Part shown: piece after piece, positions 18,335 to 27,420 of the stretch
Position numbering within the stretch: position 1 is the stretch's first letter
How the letters are laid out: each line of letters opens with the position of its first letter
Source of the DNA: Burkholderiales bacterium
GTDB lineage: Bacteria > Pseudomonadota > Gammaproteobacteria > Burkholderiales > SG8-41
DNA: 64,000 bases
Assembly (NCBI GenBank): GCA_035259205.1
Contig: DATFWO010000234.1
Coordinates: 3,947 to 67,946 of the forward strand
Direction: 5' to 3'
Translations under genes and position numbers: made by a program
The notes under the pieces: generated by a model
The model's input: only the letters and a program-made list of their open reading frames with translations
Told to the model about the DNA's origin: nothing
Database searches by the model: none

Positions 18335-19285
18335 TCAGATGATCTTCTCCCACCTGGACATTTCCGACTTCATGAGCCGCGTGAGCTCGCCCGGCGAGCT
18401 GCCCGCGACCTCGGTTCCTGCGGCAAGGAGCTTCTGCTTCACGTCGGGCAGATTCAGGGCTTTCACTATCTCCTGATTGAGCCGCGTAACGATCGTCGCG
18501 GGTGTTCCCGCCGGTACTAGCAGCGCAATCATGGCCGTCGCCTCGTAGCCGGGCAGACCCGATTCCCAGAGCGTCGGAAGACCCGGCGTCAGCACGGAGG
18601 GCGCGCGGCTGGTAACCGCCAGTGCCTTCAGCCTCCCGCTCTTCACATGCGGATCCACCGAACCCGGCCCGGCGAACATCATGTGCGTTTCGCCTCCCAC
18701 CAGCGCGATGATCGCCGGTCCGGTGCCCTTGTAACCGATGTGAACGATATTGATGCCGGCCATGGTCTTGAACAATTCCGCCGCCAGATGCGGCGTCCCG
18801 CCCGTGGCCCCCGCGCCGTAGTTGAGGGTCCCTGGGCGGCTCCTGGCGATGGCGATCAATTCCCTGACCGTGCTCGCCGGCACCGACGAATGGACGGCCA
18901 GCACGTTGGGCGCGGTCACGGCCAGGGTGAGCGGCGAGAAATCCCTGACGGGACCGAAAGTGGCCTTATCCTGCATGAACGGCAGCAGCCAGAAATTGTT
19001 GGCGAAACAGAGCAGCGTGTGGCCGTCGGGAGAAGCGTGGGCCACGATGTCGATGGCGATCGTGCCGCGGTTCTCCACGATCACCGGCCTGCCCAGGCTG
19101 CTCGAGAGCGGCGGGGCAATGACGCGCGAGATCAGATCATTGAGCCCTCCCACCTGGGAGGTAACGATGCGGATGTGCCTGGCCGGCAAGCTCTGGCCTG
19201 GCGCCGCGCCGGCGGCCAGCATCATCAACACGAGCAGGAACGCCGCCGTGCGCGACGTTCCGCGGCGGACGTGCGTGTCGAACAT
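18335..19285 (-). CDS. Bug family TTT substrate-binding protein
   Basis: Signal peptide. IRIVTSQVGG, ASPDGHTLL, NYGAGATGGTPHLAAELF, and YKGTGPAI motifs. Confidence 0.85.
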   Translation of the reverse strand: MFDTHVRRGTSRTAAFLLVLMMLAAGAAPGQSLPARHIRIVTSQVGGLNDLISRVIAPPLSSSLGRPVIVENRGTIAIDIVAHASPDGHTLLCFANNFWLLPFMQDKATFGPVRDFSPLTLAVTAPNVLAVHSSVPASTVRELIAIARSRPGTLNYGAGATGGTPHLAAELFKTMAGINIVHIGYKGTGPAIIALVGGETHMMFAGPGSVDPHVKSGRLKALAVTSRAPSVLTPGLPTLWESGLPGYEATAMIALLVPAGTPATIVTRLNQEIVKALNLPDVKQKLLAAGTEVAGSSPGELTRLMKSEMSRWEKII

Positions 19286-19287
19286 CG

Positions 19288-20091
19288 CTAACGCCCGAAA
19301 AACTTCCGCACCGTCTCGTCGGCAACCTTTTGCACAAAGGCCTTCGTGTCCTTGTCGAGCGCGCCGAAGTAGTCGTACGGATTGCCGACCGGCGATCTGC
19401 CGTAGAGGCTCGCATAGACTACGCTCGAGGCCAGGTACTGCCCCGCAAGGGTTGGGTGGTACTCGTCGTAGTCGACCTGCAGCTTGATACCCGGCCGCTG
19501 CCGGTAGGCTTCCTGAAAGGCAAGTCCGACCGGAATGATGAAAGCCCCCACTTCATTACCCACGGACAAGGTCATCTCCGCCAGCCTGCGGGCCAGGTCG
19601 CCGGGGGCGAGCGGGCCGCCGGGCTTCCCGTGCGGAGGGAGCCAATACAGTGCGGTGCGCCCGCCGTGCCTCCTGATGATGGCATCGAACTCGATCACCG
19701 TCTGCCGATACTGCGCACGGCCGGCGTCCGTCATCCCGTCCCGGAAGTTTCCGCCGAGCACGACCATTTGAAAGGGCTCCTTGATGCCCAGGTTACCCGG
19801 CGTCACGAAGTGCTCGAGCGGATAGTGGTGCAGCGCTCCGGTGGTGATGTGCACCGACCTGAACCCGTCCCTTAACTGGATAGGGGGCGTGTCTGCGGCT
19901 GCCATCCGGTGGGTATGGGTCTGCAGCGCACCCGCATAGTACATGATGCTGCTGCCGACGAAGAGAACGCGTTGAGGCATGTCCACCGGCGGCTTTTTCA
20001 CCACGGGAGCTTGTGCGGTCTGGCCTGTCGCGGCAGATGAGACCAGGACCAGTGCTAGCGTCGTCCACAGGGCGGCAATGCAGCGTCTCAA
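19288..20091 (-). CDS. secreted SGNH/GDSL-like hydrolase family protein
   Basis: Signal peptide (ALVLVSSAATGQTAQA). Block-I-like VLFVGSSIMYY and block-V-like DEYHPTLAGQYLAS. Family assignment is tentative. Confidence 0.55.
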   Translation of the reverse strand: MRRCIAALWTTLALVLVSSAATGQTAQAPVVKKPPVDMPQRVLFVGSSIMYYAGALQTHTHRMAAADTPPIQLRDGFRSVHITTGALHHYPLEHFVTPGNLGIKEPFQMVVLGGNFRDGMTDAGRAQYRQTVIEFDAIIRRHGGRTALYWLPPHGKPGGPLAPGDLARRLAEMTLSVGNEVGAFIIPVGLAFQEAYRQRPGIKLQVDYDEYHPTLAGQYLASSVVYASLYGRSPVGNPYDYFGALDKDTKAFVQKVADETVRKFFGR

Positions 20092-20128
20092 CTTACGTCT
20101 CCTCGGCCGGGATCACGGCGCTGCCGGT

Positions 20129-21013
20129 TTACCGCGCAGCGACCACTTTCAGCTCCATCGTGCCGATGCCGGATATCGTGCCTTTCAGGTGATCGCCGTC
20201 CGCGAGCTTCGAGACGCCTGCCGGCGTGCCGGTGGTGATAAGGGTTCCCGGCTTCAGCGTCGTGACGCTGGAAAGAAAGCGAATCAGATCGCGCAAGCCA
20301 TTGATCATGTCCGCAGTGTGCGCCCGCATCACGTTTTTGCCGTTCTGCTCGACATCGATGTGAACGTCCTGCGGCTCGCGGACCTCGTCGCGGGTGACGA
20401 TCCAGGGCCCCAGGCCGCAGAACGTGTCGAAGCCCTTGCGGATGTTGCGCGTGTTGTGGCGGCCCTTGCCCCAGGGGTCGCGGATACTGATGTCCCAGCA
20501 CATCGTGTAGCCGTAGACGTGATCGAGCGCGTTGTTCTCGGAGACGTTTCTCGCCGCAAGGCCGATGACGGCGCATAGCTCGCATTCGAAATCCACGTGC
20601 CGCGCGATCTTCGGCAGGATTACGGTGCCGCCGGGACCGATGACCGATGAGGCGGGCTTCAGGAATACTTCCGCCATCAGGTCGTCGGCGGAAAATTCCG
20701 ATCGGTCGTACGAGCCGACGCGCTCCTTCATCTCGGCCTGGTGCGCCCGGTAATTGGCCGCGGCGGCCCAGATCGCGGGCGGGTTGTCGACCGGCGCGAG
20801 GAGCCGCGCCGAAGCGAGCGCGACCGGCGTGCCCCGGCGCGCGGATGCAAGGCCTGCAGCAGCGGAAGGATGGTTCGCGAGCGCATCGACGACTTCCGCC
20901 ATGGTCGCGCCCGCGCGCGCCGCACCGGCTGCAGCCAGCGCTTCGCGCAACGGATAGATCGAGCCGCCCTCGATCAGTCCGGGCGAGCCGTTGTTGTAGC
21001 AGCAGATCTTCAT
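20129..21013 (-). CDS. fumarylacetoacetate hydrolase (FAH) family protein
   Basis: FECELCAVIG..., KGFDTFCGLGPWIV, and LKPGTLITTGTPAGV motifs. Confidence 0.9.
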   Translation of the reverse strand: MKICCYNNGSPGLIEGGSIYPLREALAAAGAARAGATMAEVVDALANHPSAAAGLASARRGTPVALASARLLAPVDNPPAIWAAAANYRAHQAEMKERVGSYDRSEFSADDLMAEVFLKPASSVIGPGGTVILPKIARHVDFECELCAVIGLAARNVSENNALDHVYGYTMCWDISIRDPWGKGRHNTRNIRKGFDTFCGLGPWIVTRDEVREPQDVHIDVEQNGKNVMRAHTADMINGLRDLIRFLSSVTTLKPGTLITTGTPAGVSKLADGDHLKGTISGIGTMELKVVAAR

Positions 21014-21140
21014 TATTGTGCCTTCTCTAGCGAGTTCGTTCGATCTTCTCCGCTCTGGCCAGGCAGCCGGCGACTTCGATGTCGCGTTTAAGCGGTACGT
21101 GCAGGTCGCATCCCCACGAATGAGGTCCCAACTCCGCCGC

Positions 21141-22025
21141 TCATGCTCCTACCGGCCGGTAAGTGAAGGTGTCGCCCGAAGCGGCGAGCTTTGCATTGTC
21201 GCGGCTCGCGATGCCCCAGTGGTCGTTTCGGCCGGGCGGCCATTGCCAGGAATCCGGCGTGCCCGTCCTGTAGCCGTCATCCACGCGCTGTATTTCCGCC
21301 GTGTACTCGATGCAGGTGCCGAAGGGCGCGACGAAATAGGCGAACACGTTGTTGCCCGGGCCGTGCCGCCCAGGTCCCCACACGCTCGGATAGCCTGCAT
21401 CCTTCAGGCGGCCCATGCCGCGCATGACGGATTCGAGATCCGGCATCTCGAAAGCGATATGGTTGAGCGCAGCCTGCTTCGAATCGGCGTAGGCCACGAC
21501 ATGGTGCAGGTCGTCGCAGCGCAGGAAATTCATGACGCGCGTCCGATCGGACAGCTTGAAGCGGAATGCGTCCACGAGCACGCGCGAAGCCGCCTCGCGG
21601 TCGCACGTGTTGAATACCACGTGCGCTACCTGGATCGGGCGCGCGCTGTCGGCTGGAAGCGGTGCGGGTGCCGCGTCGCGCTCCGCGACGAAGCGATAGG
21701 GCTCGCCCTCGGGACCGGCGACATGGAAGCCCGCGCCGCGGCCGGGCTCGTCGAATTCGTCGACCCATGGGCCATGCTTCAAACCGGAGTTACGTATCCG
21801 ATTCCAGGTGGCCTCGACTTCCCCACGGTTGCCGACGAAGGTCGCGGACAACACGGCGCGGGCTGGTCCCTCGGTTACGGCAATGACGTAATGGAACGGC
21901 GCCGTCCCGCGCAGGTAGGTCGTGTCATTGCGGGTGCCGACGTCGATCAGTCCCCAGGGCTCCTTGAGAAACTCGACCGCGGCCGCGCGGTTCGGGATCT
22001 GCAATTCGATGCTGCGTAAGTGCAT
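21141..22025 (-). CDS. type I extradiol ring-cleavage dioxygenase (two-module VOC; catechol 2,3-dioxygenase-like)
   Basis: 294 aa with two VOC modules. C-terminal module: LNHIAFEMPDLESVMRGMGRL...WGPGRHGPGNNVFAYFVAPFGTCIEYTAE. Confidence 0.8.
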   Translation of the reverse strand: MHLRSIELQIPNRAAAVEFLKEPWGLIDVGTRNDTTYLRGTAPFHYVIAVTEGPARAVLSATFVGNRGEVEATWNRIRNSGLKHGPWVDEFDEPGRGAGFHVAGPEGEPYRFVAERDAAPAPLPADSARPIQVAHVVFNTCDREAASRVLVDAFRFKLSDRTRVMNFLRCDDLHHVVAYADSKQAALNHIAFEMPDLESVMRGMGRLKDAGYPSVWGPGRHGPGNNVFAYFVAPFGTCIEYTAEIQRVDDGYRTGTPDSWQWPPGRNDHWGIASRDNAKLAASGDTFTYRPVGA

Positions 22026-22070
22026 GTCGCTCTCTCCTCGCAGGCGGGAATCGTCGCACTTCTCAGAACG

Positions 22071-22109
22071 ACTATCCAGTGAAAAATGGGCGTGGCTTCA
22101 TAACCGTTT
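22071..22109 (-). promoter_or_regulatory. 39-nt conserved element, copy 1 (read toward the dioxygenase gene: AAACGGTTAT-N12-ATTTTTCACTGGATAGT); candidate operator/promoter
   Basis: Read directly. It ends 45 nt upstream of the dioxygenase start codon. The second copy is at 26289..26327. Confidence 0.5.
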
Positions 22110-23428
22110 CATTTCAGCAGCTCTGGGGCGATCAGCCTGGGCAGGATCAGCGGGATCTCGGGCCAGATGATGATTGCCGCGAGCATCAGCAGCATCGGCA
22201 CGAGCATGATCATCGTGTCCTTAAGGGCGAATTTCAGCGGCACCCTGGCCACTGCGCAGGAGATCATCAGGCAAAGCCCGTAGGGCGGCGTCACCAGCCC
22301 GAAGGCGAGCGAAACGATGCCGATGATGGCGAAATGGATCGGGTGCATGTTCACCGACTGGGCAAGCGGCTGCAGGATGGTGCCGACGATGATGATCGCC
22401 GGGATCGCGTCGAGGAAGCAGCCGACCACAAGGAATACGAACGCGATGAAGAAGCCCACGCCCGTAATGCCCAAGCCCCAGGAAGTGACGTTCTCGAGCA
22501 GCGCCTTGGGGATCTGGTAATAGGCGAGCAGCCAGCCGAAGGCCGACGCCGTGCCGACGCAGAACAGAGCCACGGCTGCGAGCCTGCCGGTCTCGGCAAA
22601 CGCGTGGTAGAGCTGCCTCAGGTTCATCTCGCGGTAGATGAAGATCGACAGGAGCCCTGCGTAGATCACCGCCACCGCCGCCGACTCCGTGGCGGTGAAC
22701 CAGCCGAGCAGGATACCGCCGACGATGATGAACGGCGTGAACAACGCCGGTATCGAAATCCATGCCGAATAGAGAAATTCCCTGAGCGTCGCGCGCGGAT
22801 AGACCGGGTAGTTGTAGATCTTGGCGTAGACGTGCACCGTCACCATCTGCGCCGCCGCGACCAGCAGGCCCGGCAGTATGCCGGCGAGATACATCGCGCC
22901 GATTGAAGTCGAAATCACGCCGCCCCACACGATCATCAGGATCGAAGGCGGGATGATGACCGCGAGCACCGCCGAGACCGCGGTAATCGCGATCGAGAAC
23001 GACAAACCGTAGCCTTCCTTGACCTGCGCCTCGATGAATATCTTCGACTGGCTTGCGGCGTCCGCCGTGGAGGAGCCCGAGATCCCGGCGAAAAACACCG
23101 AAAGCAGCACGTTGATTTGCGCGAGCGCCCCGGGGAAATTACCGACCATTGCGCGCGACAAGCGCACCAGGCGCTCCGTGATTCCGCCGACGTTCATCAG
23201 GTTGGCGGTCAGCAGGAAAAACGGCACGGCAAGCAGGATGAACGAGTTGTAAGCCTTGAAGGTTTCGTTGAACAGCATCATCGGCGAGAGCCTGGGCTCG
23301 ATCAGCAGGATCGGCAGACAGGCGAGCCCGAGCGCGAACGCGACCGGAACGCGCACGAAGAGCAGCACGAGGAGCGCCCCGAACAGCGCCAGCGCGGCAC
23401 CGCCGGGCGTCAAGGCGACAGAGCTCAT
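22109..23428 (-). CDS. dctM: TRAP transporter large permease subunit (DctM family)
   Basis: Met148 of ORF 22109..23869 (MSSVALTPGG...). Polytopic membrane protein with the typical DctM N-terminus. The start overlaps the dctQ stop by 4 nt. Confidence 0.9.
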   Translation of the reverse strand: MSSVALTPGGAALALFGALLVLLFVRVPVAFALGLACLPILLIEPRLSPMMLFNETFKAYNSFILLAVPFFLLTANLMNVGGITERLVRLSRAMVGNFPGALAQINVLLSVFFAGISGSSTADAASQSKIFIEAQVKEGYGLSFSIAITAVSAVLAVIIPPSILMIVWGGVISTSIGAMYLAGILPGLLVAAAQMVTVHVYAKIYNYPVYPRATLREFLYSAWISIPALFTPFIIVGGILLGWFTATESAAVAVIYAGLLSIFIYREMNLRQLYHAFAETGRLAAVALFCVGTASAFGWLLAYYQIPKALLENVTSWGLGITGVGFFIAFVFLVVGCFLDAIPAIIIVGTILQPLAQSVNMHPIHFAIIGIVSLAFGLVTPPYGLCLMISCAVARVPLKFALKDTMIMLVPMLLMLAAIIIWPEIPLILPRLIAPELLK

Positions 23429-23907
23429 TCCGCCGGCGCCTCGAGCAGGACGCGGAAGTCGGCGACGAGCGATTCGCCGAGGAACAGCACCCAGGTCGCG
23501 CCGGTGAGCGGCCAGGCGATGAACATGAAGGGCATCGGCAGCTCGGCGAGCTCGGAAAGCTGGGCCCAGCCGAAGTGCACGAACCGGATGCCCCACCAGG
23601 CGAACACCAGCGCGAACACCAGGACGAAAAGGGACGACACGATGCGAAGCAGGGCGTTCGTCCGCGGCTTCAGCTCCGGCCAGACATCGACCTCGAAGTG
23701 AGTGCGTTCGCGGATGCCGATCATGGCGCCCAGCATCACCATCCAGATGAAGAGAAAGCGGCTGAGTTCCTCGGTCCAGATGTAAGAGGGGATCAGCTCG
23801 GTGTAGCGCGAGATGATCTGCAACGTCACCGGGATGATCAGAATAGCCACGGTGGCCACCAGCATCCATGTGAGGAGCCGGTGGTACAGGTCAATCAGCT
23901 TTTTCAT
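23425..23907 (-). CDS. dctQ: TRAP transporter small permease subunit (DctQ family)
   Basis: 160 aa with 4 TM segments, sitting between dctP and dctM. Confidence 0.85.
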   Translation of the reverse strand: MKKLIDLYHRLLTWMLVATVAILIIPVTLQIISRYTELIPSYIWTEELSRFLFIWMVMLGAMIGIRERTHFEVDVWPELKPRTNALLRIVSSLFVLVFALVFAWWGIRFVHFGWAQLSELAELPMPFMFIAWPLTGATWVLFLGESLVADFRVLLEAPAE

Positions 23908-23972
23908 CGGCGCGGCAAACGGAAGGCACGGCGCTCCTCACGCTCCGGGGCCGCCGCGCTGGTCGATTTGCG

Positions 23973-24965
23973 TTACTTTATCGCGTTGATCTTGGCGAGT
24001 ATCGCGTCGGCGCCGATTTCCTTGGCGTAGGCGGCTATCACCGGATCCACCGCCTTTTTCATCGCCGCGCGGTCGGTGAAGGGGATGCGCTTTAACTTGC
24101 CGGCCTTCTCCAGTGCGTCCAGCTTGGCGGTGTCCTCGCTCGACTCGATCTGACGGCCATACGTGCCCGCCTCCTTGCCCGCCTTGATGATCGCCGCCTG
24201 GAGGTCCTGCGGCAGCTTTTTGAAGGTCTTGCCCGAAAAGCACAGCGGCCGAATGGTGATCGCATGCTGGGTCATCGACAGGTTGGGCCCTACCTCGTAG
24301 AACTTCATCTGCTCGACGCCGGCGGCCTCGTTCTCGCCGGCGGCGATGACGCCGTTCTGAATCGCGTTGTAAACCTCGTTGTAGGCGATCACCGTCGGCG
24401 CCATGCCGGCTGCGGTGAAGGTGCGACTCCAGATCGGAGCCCCCTGCACGCGCACCTTCAAGCCCTTCAGTTCGGCCATGTTGCGCACCGGCTTGTTGAC
24501 GAAGATGTTGCGCGTGCCGCCGCCGGCGTAGCCGATGAGCATGACCTCGGCCTTCTGCGCGATCTCGTCGGCAATCGGCTTCAGCAAGTCCTGGTCGAGC
24601 ACCTTGTTCCAGTGGTCTAGGTCGCGGAAGATGAACGGCGCGTCGATGAACGGCGCCGCCTTCGAGAAGGTGGACATGTGCGCCGGCGAGACGATCGCAT
24701 AGTCCACCGCCGCGCCCTGGTTCATATAGGCGAAGTAGTCCTTTTCCAGGCCCAGTTCGCTGTTCTTGTGCAGCACGAAGGTGATCGGTTTGCCATAGTA
24801 TTTCTTGACCAGCTCTTCGAACTTCACCATCGCCTTGGTAAATGCGTGCTCGTCGCTGAACTGCGATGCGCCGTGCAGGGTAATCGTCTGCGCGGCCGCG
24901 GGCAATGCCAGCGCCACGGCGATCGCACCGACGGCGAGGGTGGTTACAAACGCTCTGCGCCTCAT
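23973..24965 (-). CDS. dctP: TRAP transporter substrate-binding protein (DctP family)
   Basis: Signal peptide. LKVRVQGAPIWSRTFTAAGMAPTVIAYNEVYNAIQNGVIAAGENE is typical of DctP-type SBPs. Confidence 0.9.
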   Translation of the reverse strand: MRRRAFVTTLAVGAIAVALALPAAAQTITLHGASQFSDEHAFTKAMVKFEELVKKYYGKPITFVLHKNSELGLEKDYFAYMNQGAAVDYAIVSPAHMSTFSKAAPFIDAPFIFRDLDHWNKVLDQDLLKPIADEIAQKAEVMLIGYAGGGTRNIFVNKPVRNMAELKGLKVRVQGAPIWSRTFTAAGMAPTVIAYNEVYNAIQNGVIAAGENEAAGVEQMKFYEVGPNLSMTQHAITIRPLCFSGKTFKKLPQDLQAAIIKAGKEAGTYGRQIESSEDTAKLDALEKAGKLKRIPFTDRAAMKKAVDPVIAAYAKEIGADAILAKINAIK

Positions 24966-25210
24966 GGTCTTGCCTCCTGTGGTGTGTGACTGCGTTTACG
25001 CACCCGTTGTCGGCGGCGAACTGGTCCGCGAACAGCGTGTCGTCCCCCCTGCGGGGTACCTCGCTCGAGTAGAGCTCTCGCGGAAGGCATTTTCCGACAC
25101 CAGCTGCGCCAGCTCGACGTCGGCGGCCTCCAAACCGAAGCTTGCGCAAAGCCTGCTGAGTCGCAACATAGGCATTCTGGCACCCGAGGGGTAGCGAGAA
25201 ACCTGTGGCT

Positions 25211-26248
25211 TTAGTGATTTTGCTCCAATATGGGTTTGGGGAGCCATTGCTTCGCGCGAGCGCGCTCGGGAGACCTGCCAGCGAGTTGCTCGTCCGCGGC
25301 AGCCCTGGACGATCGGGCCAGGCGTACCACCGCTTCCAGGCATTGCATGAGGGCCTGGGCGCCAGGTGTGACAGGGCGTTGCCGGTTCCAGATGATGCCC
25401 ACGGGCCGCACCAGTTGTTTCGGCAACTCGAGCGAAAGTATTGCCAGCAATCCCAGAGATTCATAGTATCTCGAAACATCCGATGCCAGCGCGGCAATCG
25501 CGTTCGTGTAGTGCAGGTAGGCGCGGATGACGTGAACCGAAAGCGTCTCGATCCGGTTCGCCGGCATCGCCAGTCCGTTGGCTTCGAAGGCGCGCTCGAG
25601 TGGCTCGCGCAGCAGCGTATTCACCGGCGGCAGGACCCAGGGATAAAGCGCCAGATCCGACCAGCGGATGCGCCTGCGACGTGCGAGCGGGTGATGCCGG
25701 CCCGTCACCAGGCTCACGCCTTCTTCCATCAGCGTTTTCTCAGCCAGCCCATGCGCGCTCCCTCCCTCGGGCAAGCGACCGACGATGAAGTCGAGATTTC
25801 CGAGCCACAGATCCGGCAAAAGCGTCTCCACGGTGCCTTCCCGCACCAGCACGAACACGCCCGGCTGCCGGTTCTTTAACGCGGCAAGCGCGCGCGGCAG
25901 CAGTTCCAGCGCAGCAGTCGCAAGCACCCCGACCCGGATGCTGCCCGAGCTGCCGGAGGCAAGTCCCCGCAGCTCGTCGCGTGCCTGGGCCAGCTCGCTC
26001 AGCATCGCGCGCGCGTGCCGGATGAGGCACTCGCCGTACGCATTGGGAATGACGCCGCGCGCGGTACGCTCGAAGAGCTTCAAGCCCAGCCCGCGCTCGA
26101 GCTCCCCCAGCGTCTTCGAGACCGCGGGCTGGGAAATGTTGATGCTTGCGGCGACCTTGCCGAGGTGGCGCAGGTCGTCGAGGGCCACCAGCAACCGCAG
26201 GTGGCGCGGCTTGAAGCTGGTGCGCACATAGGCGTCGATCTGTGCCAT
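25211..26248 (-). CDS. LysR family transcriptional regulator
   Basis: Met15 of ORF 25211..26290. N-terminal HTH LRLLVALDDLRHLGKVAASINISQPAVSKTLGELE plus a LysR substrate-binding domain and a C-terminal tail of about 40 aa. Confidence 0.85.
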   Translation of the reverse strand: MAQIDAYVRTSFKPRHLRLLVALDDLRHLGKVAASINISQPAVSKTLGELERGLGLKLFERTARGVIPNAYGECLIRHARAMLSELAQARDELRGLASGSSGSIRVGVLATAALELLPRALAALKNRQPGVFVLVREGTVETLLPDLWLGNLDFIVGRLPEGGSAHGLAEKTLMEEGVSLVTGRHHPLARRRRIRWSDLALYPWVLPPVNTLLREPLERAFEANGLAMPANRIETLSVHVIRAYLHYTNAIAALASDVSRYYESLGLLAILSLELPKQLVRPVGIIWNRQRPVTPGAQALMQCLEAVVRLARSSRAAADEQLAGRSPERARAKQWLPKPILEQNH

Positions 26249-26288
26249 GGCTGCCTCCGCCGATGGACGAGGAGGCCTGGATATTACC

Positions 26289-26327
26289 AAACGGTTATGA
26301 GAAGCGCCTGATTTTTCACTGGATAGT
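26289..26327 (+). promoter_or_regulatory. 39-nt conserved element, copy 2 (AAACGGTTAT-N12-ATTTTTCACTGGATAGT) in the lysR/bug divergent intergenic region
   Basis: Read directly. The 10-nt and 17-nt arms are identical to copy 1, and the 12-nt spacers are partly similar. It ends 92 nt upstream of the Bug gene start and 41 nt from the lysR start. Confidence 0.5.
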
Positions 26328-26419
26328 TATTCCACAAGGCGCGATCATGCCGGTTCGCTACGGCCGGCCGCAACCCCAGAGCCAGTAACCAGCCCGCCGC
26401 GGCAAAGGAGGAAGTTCTG

Positions 26420-27391
26420 GTGTTCCGCGGAGTTTTGATGCTGCTTGCCTGTCTGATGGCGTGCGCCGCTGGCAGCGTCGCTTGGGCTGCGGATACTTAC
26501 CCGACGAAGCCGATCCGGCTCGTTCTCAACGTGGGCACCGGCGGCGTGGGCGACGTATCCATGCGGCTGGCGGCCCAGCACATGAGCCGCAACCTGGGGC
26601 AGCAGATCGTCGTGGACAACCGGCCGAGCGCAGGCGGCGCCGCGGCCGCCATGGCGGTGGTCAACGCCGCCCCCGACGGCTATACGCTGCTGCAAACCGG
26701 CAACGCGGCCGCGATCAGCGCTTCGCTGTTCAAGAAGCTTCCCTACGATGTGGTCAGGGACTTCCAGCAGATTTCGTCGATCAGCTTTTTCGAGCTGGTC
26801 GTGCTCGCCACGCCCGAGTCCCGATTCACGAGACTGGCGGATCTCATCGCATACGCGCAGCAGAATGCGGGCAAGCTCAACATCGGTACCATCAATGTCG
26901 GTAGCACGCAGTACCTGTCCGCGGAGCTCCTCAAGTCCATGGCGGGGATCCAGGCCCAGGTCGTGCCCTTCAAGTCCAACACGCTGCTGCTGACCGCTCT
27001 GCGCGGCAACGAGCTGCCCGTAGCGTTCGAGCTCGTCGGGCCGGCCCTGACGCACATCCGCAGCGGCGCACTGAAAGCGCTGGCCGTCGGCTCCGAGCGG
27101 CGCTTCGGGGGACTGCCGGACGTCCCGACGGTCGCCGAGGCCGGCGTGCCCGGCTTCAGCGTCTATTCGTGGACAGGGATGAGCGCGCCGGCGCGCACGC
27201 CGCGGCCGATCATCGACCGGCTGGCGCAGGAGGTAGCGGCGGCTGTCGCCGTTCCCGATGTCAAGCAGAAACTCCAGGACCTCGGCATCGAGGCCCGTGC
27301 CATGACGCCCGATGAGACCCGCAAGATGATGATGTCCGACATCGCCAAGTGGAAGGCGGTGATCGAGCGCTCGGGAATCGAGCGCCAATAA
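26420..27391 (+). CDS. Bug family TTT substrate-binding protein
   Basis: Signal peptide. YPTKPIRLV, DNRPSAGG, APDGYTLL, and PFKSNTLLLTAL motifs. Confidence 0.85.
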   Translation: MFRGVLMLLACLMACAAGSVAWAADTYPTKPIRLVLNVGTGGVGDVSMRLAAQHMSRNLGQQIVVDNRPSAGGAAAAMAVVNAAPDGYTLLQTGNAAAISASLFKKLPYDVVRDFQQISSISFFELVVLATPESRFTRLADLIAYAQQNAGKLNIGTINVGSTQYLSAELLKSMAGIQAQVVPFKSNTLLLTALRGNELPVAFELVGPALTHIRSGALKALAVGSERRFGGLPDVPTVAEAGVPGFSVYSWTGMSAPARTPRPIIDRLAQEVAAAVAVPDVKQKLQDLGIEARAMTPDETRKMMMSDIAKWKAVIERSGIERQ

Positions 27392-27420
27392 ACTTCCAAC
27401 AACGCCCTGAAGGAAATCCG

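Noticed and set aside
23396-23430. Apparent 1-nt discrepancy (an extra C near 23400) between my manual base count and the ORF-track frames at the dctQ/dctM junction. This could have implied a frameshift.
   Set aside because: The ORF track shows uninterrupted dctM and dctQ frames with a normal ATGA overlap. The discrepancy is most likely my own miscount of a C-run. I used the ORF-track coordinates.
24966-25210. TGGCAC hexamer at about 25170 and a 115-aa minus-strand ORF (24996..25343) in the dctP-lysR gap.
   Set aside because: The TGGCAC is on the plus strand with no plus-strand gene downstream and no TTGC at the -12 spacing. The ORF overlaps the lysR 3' end out of frame and has no motif.
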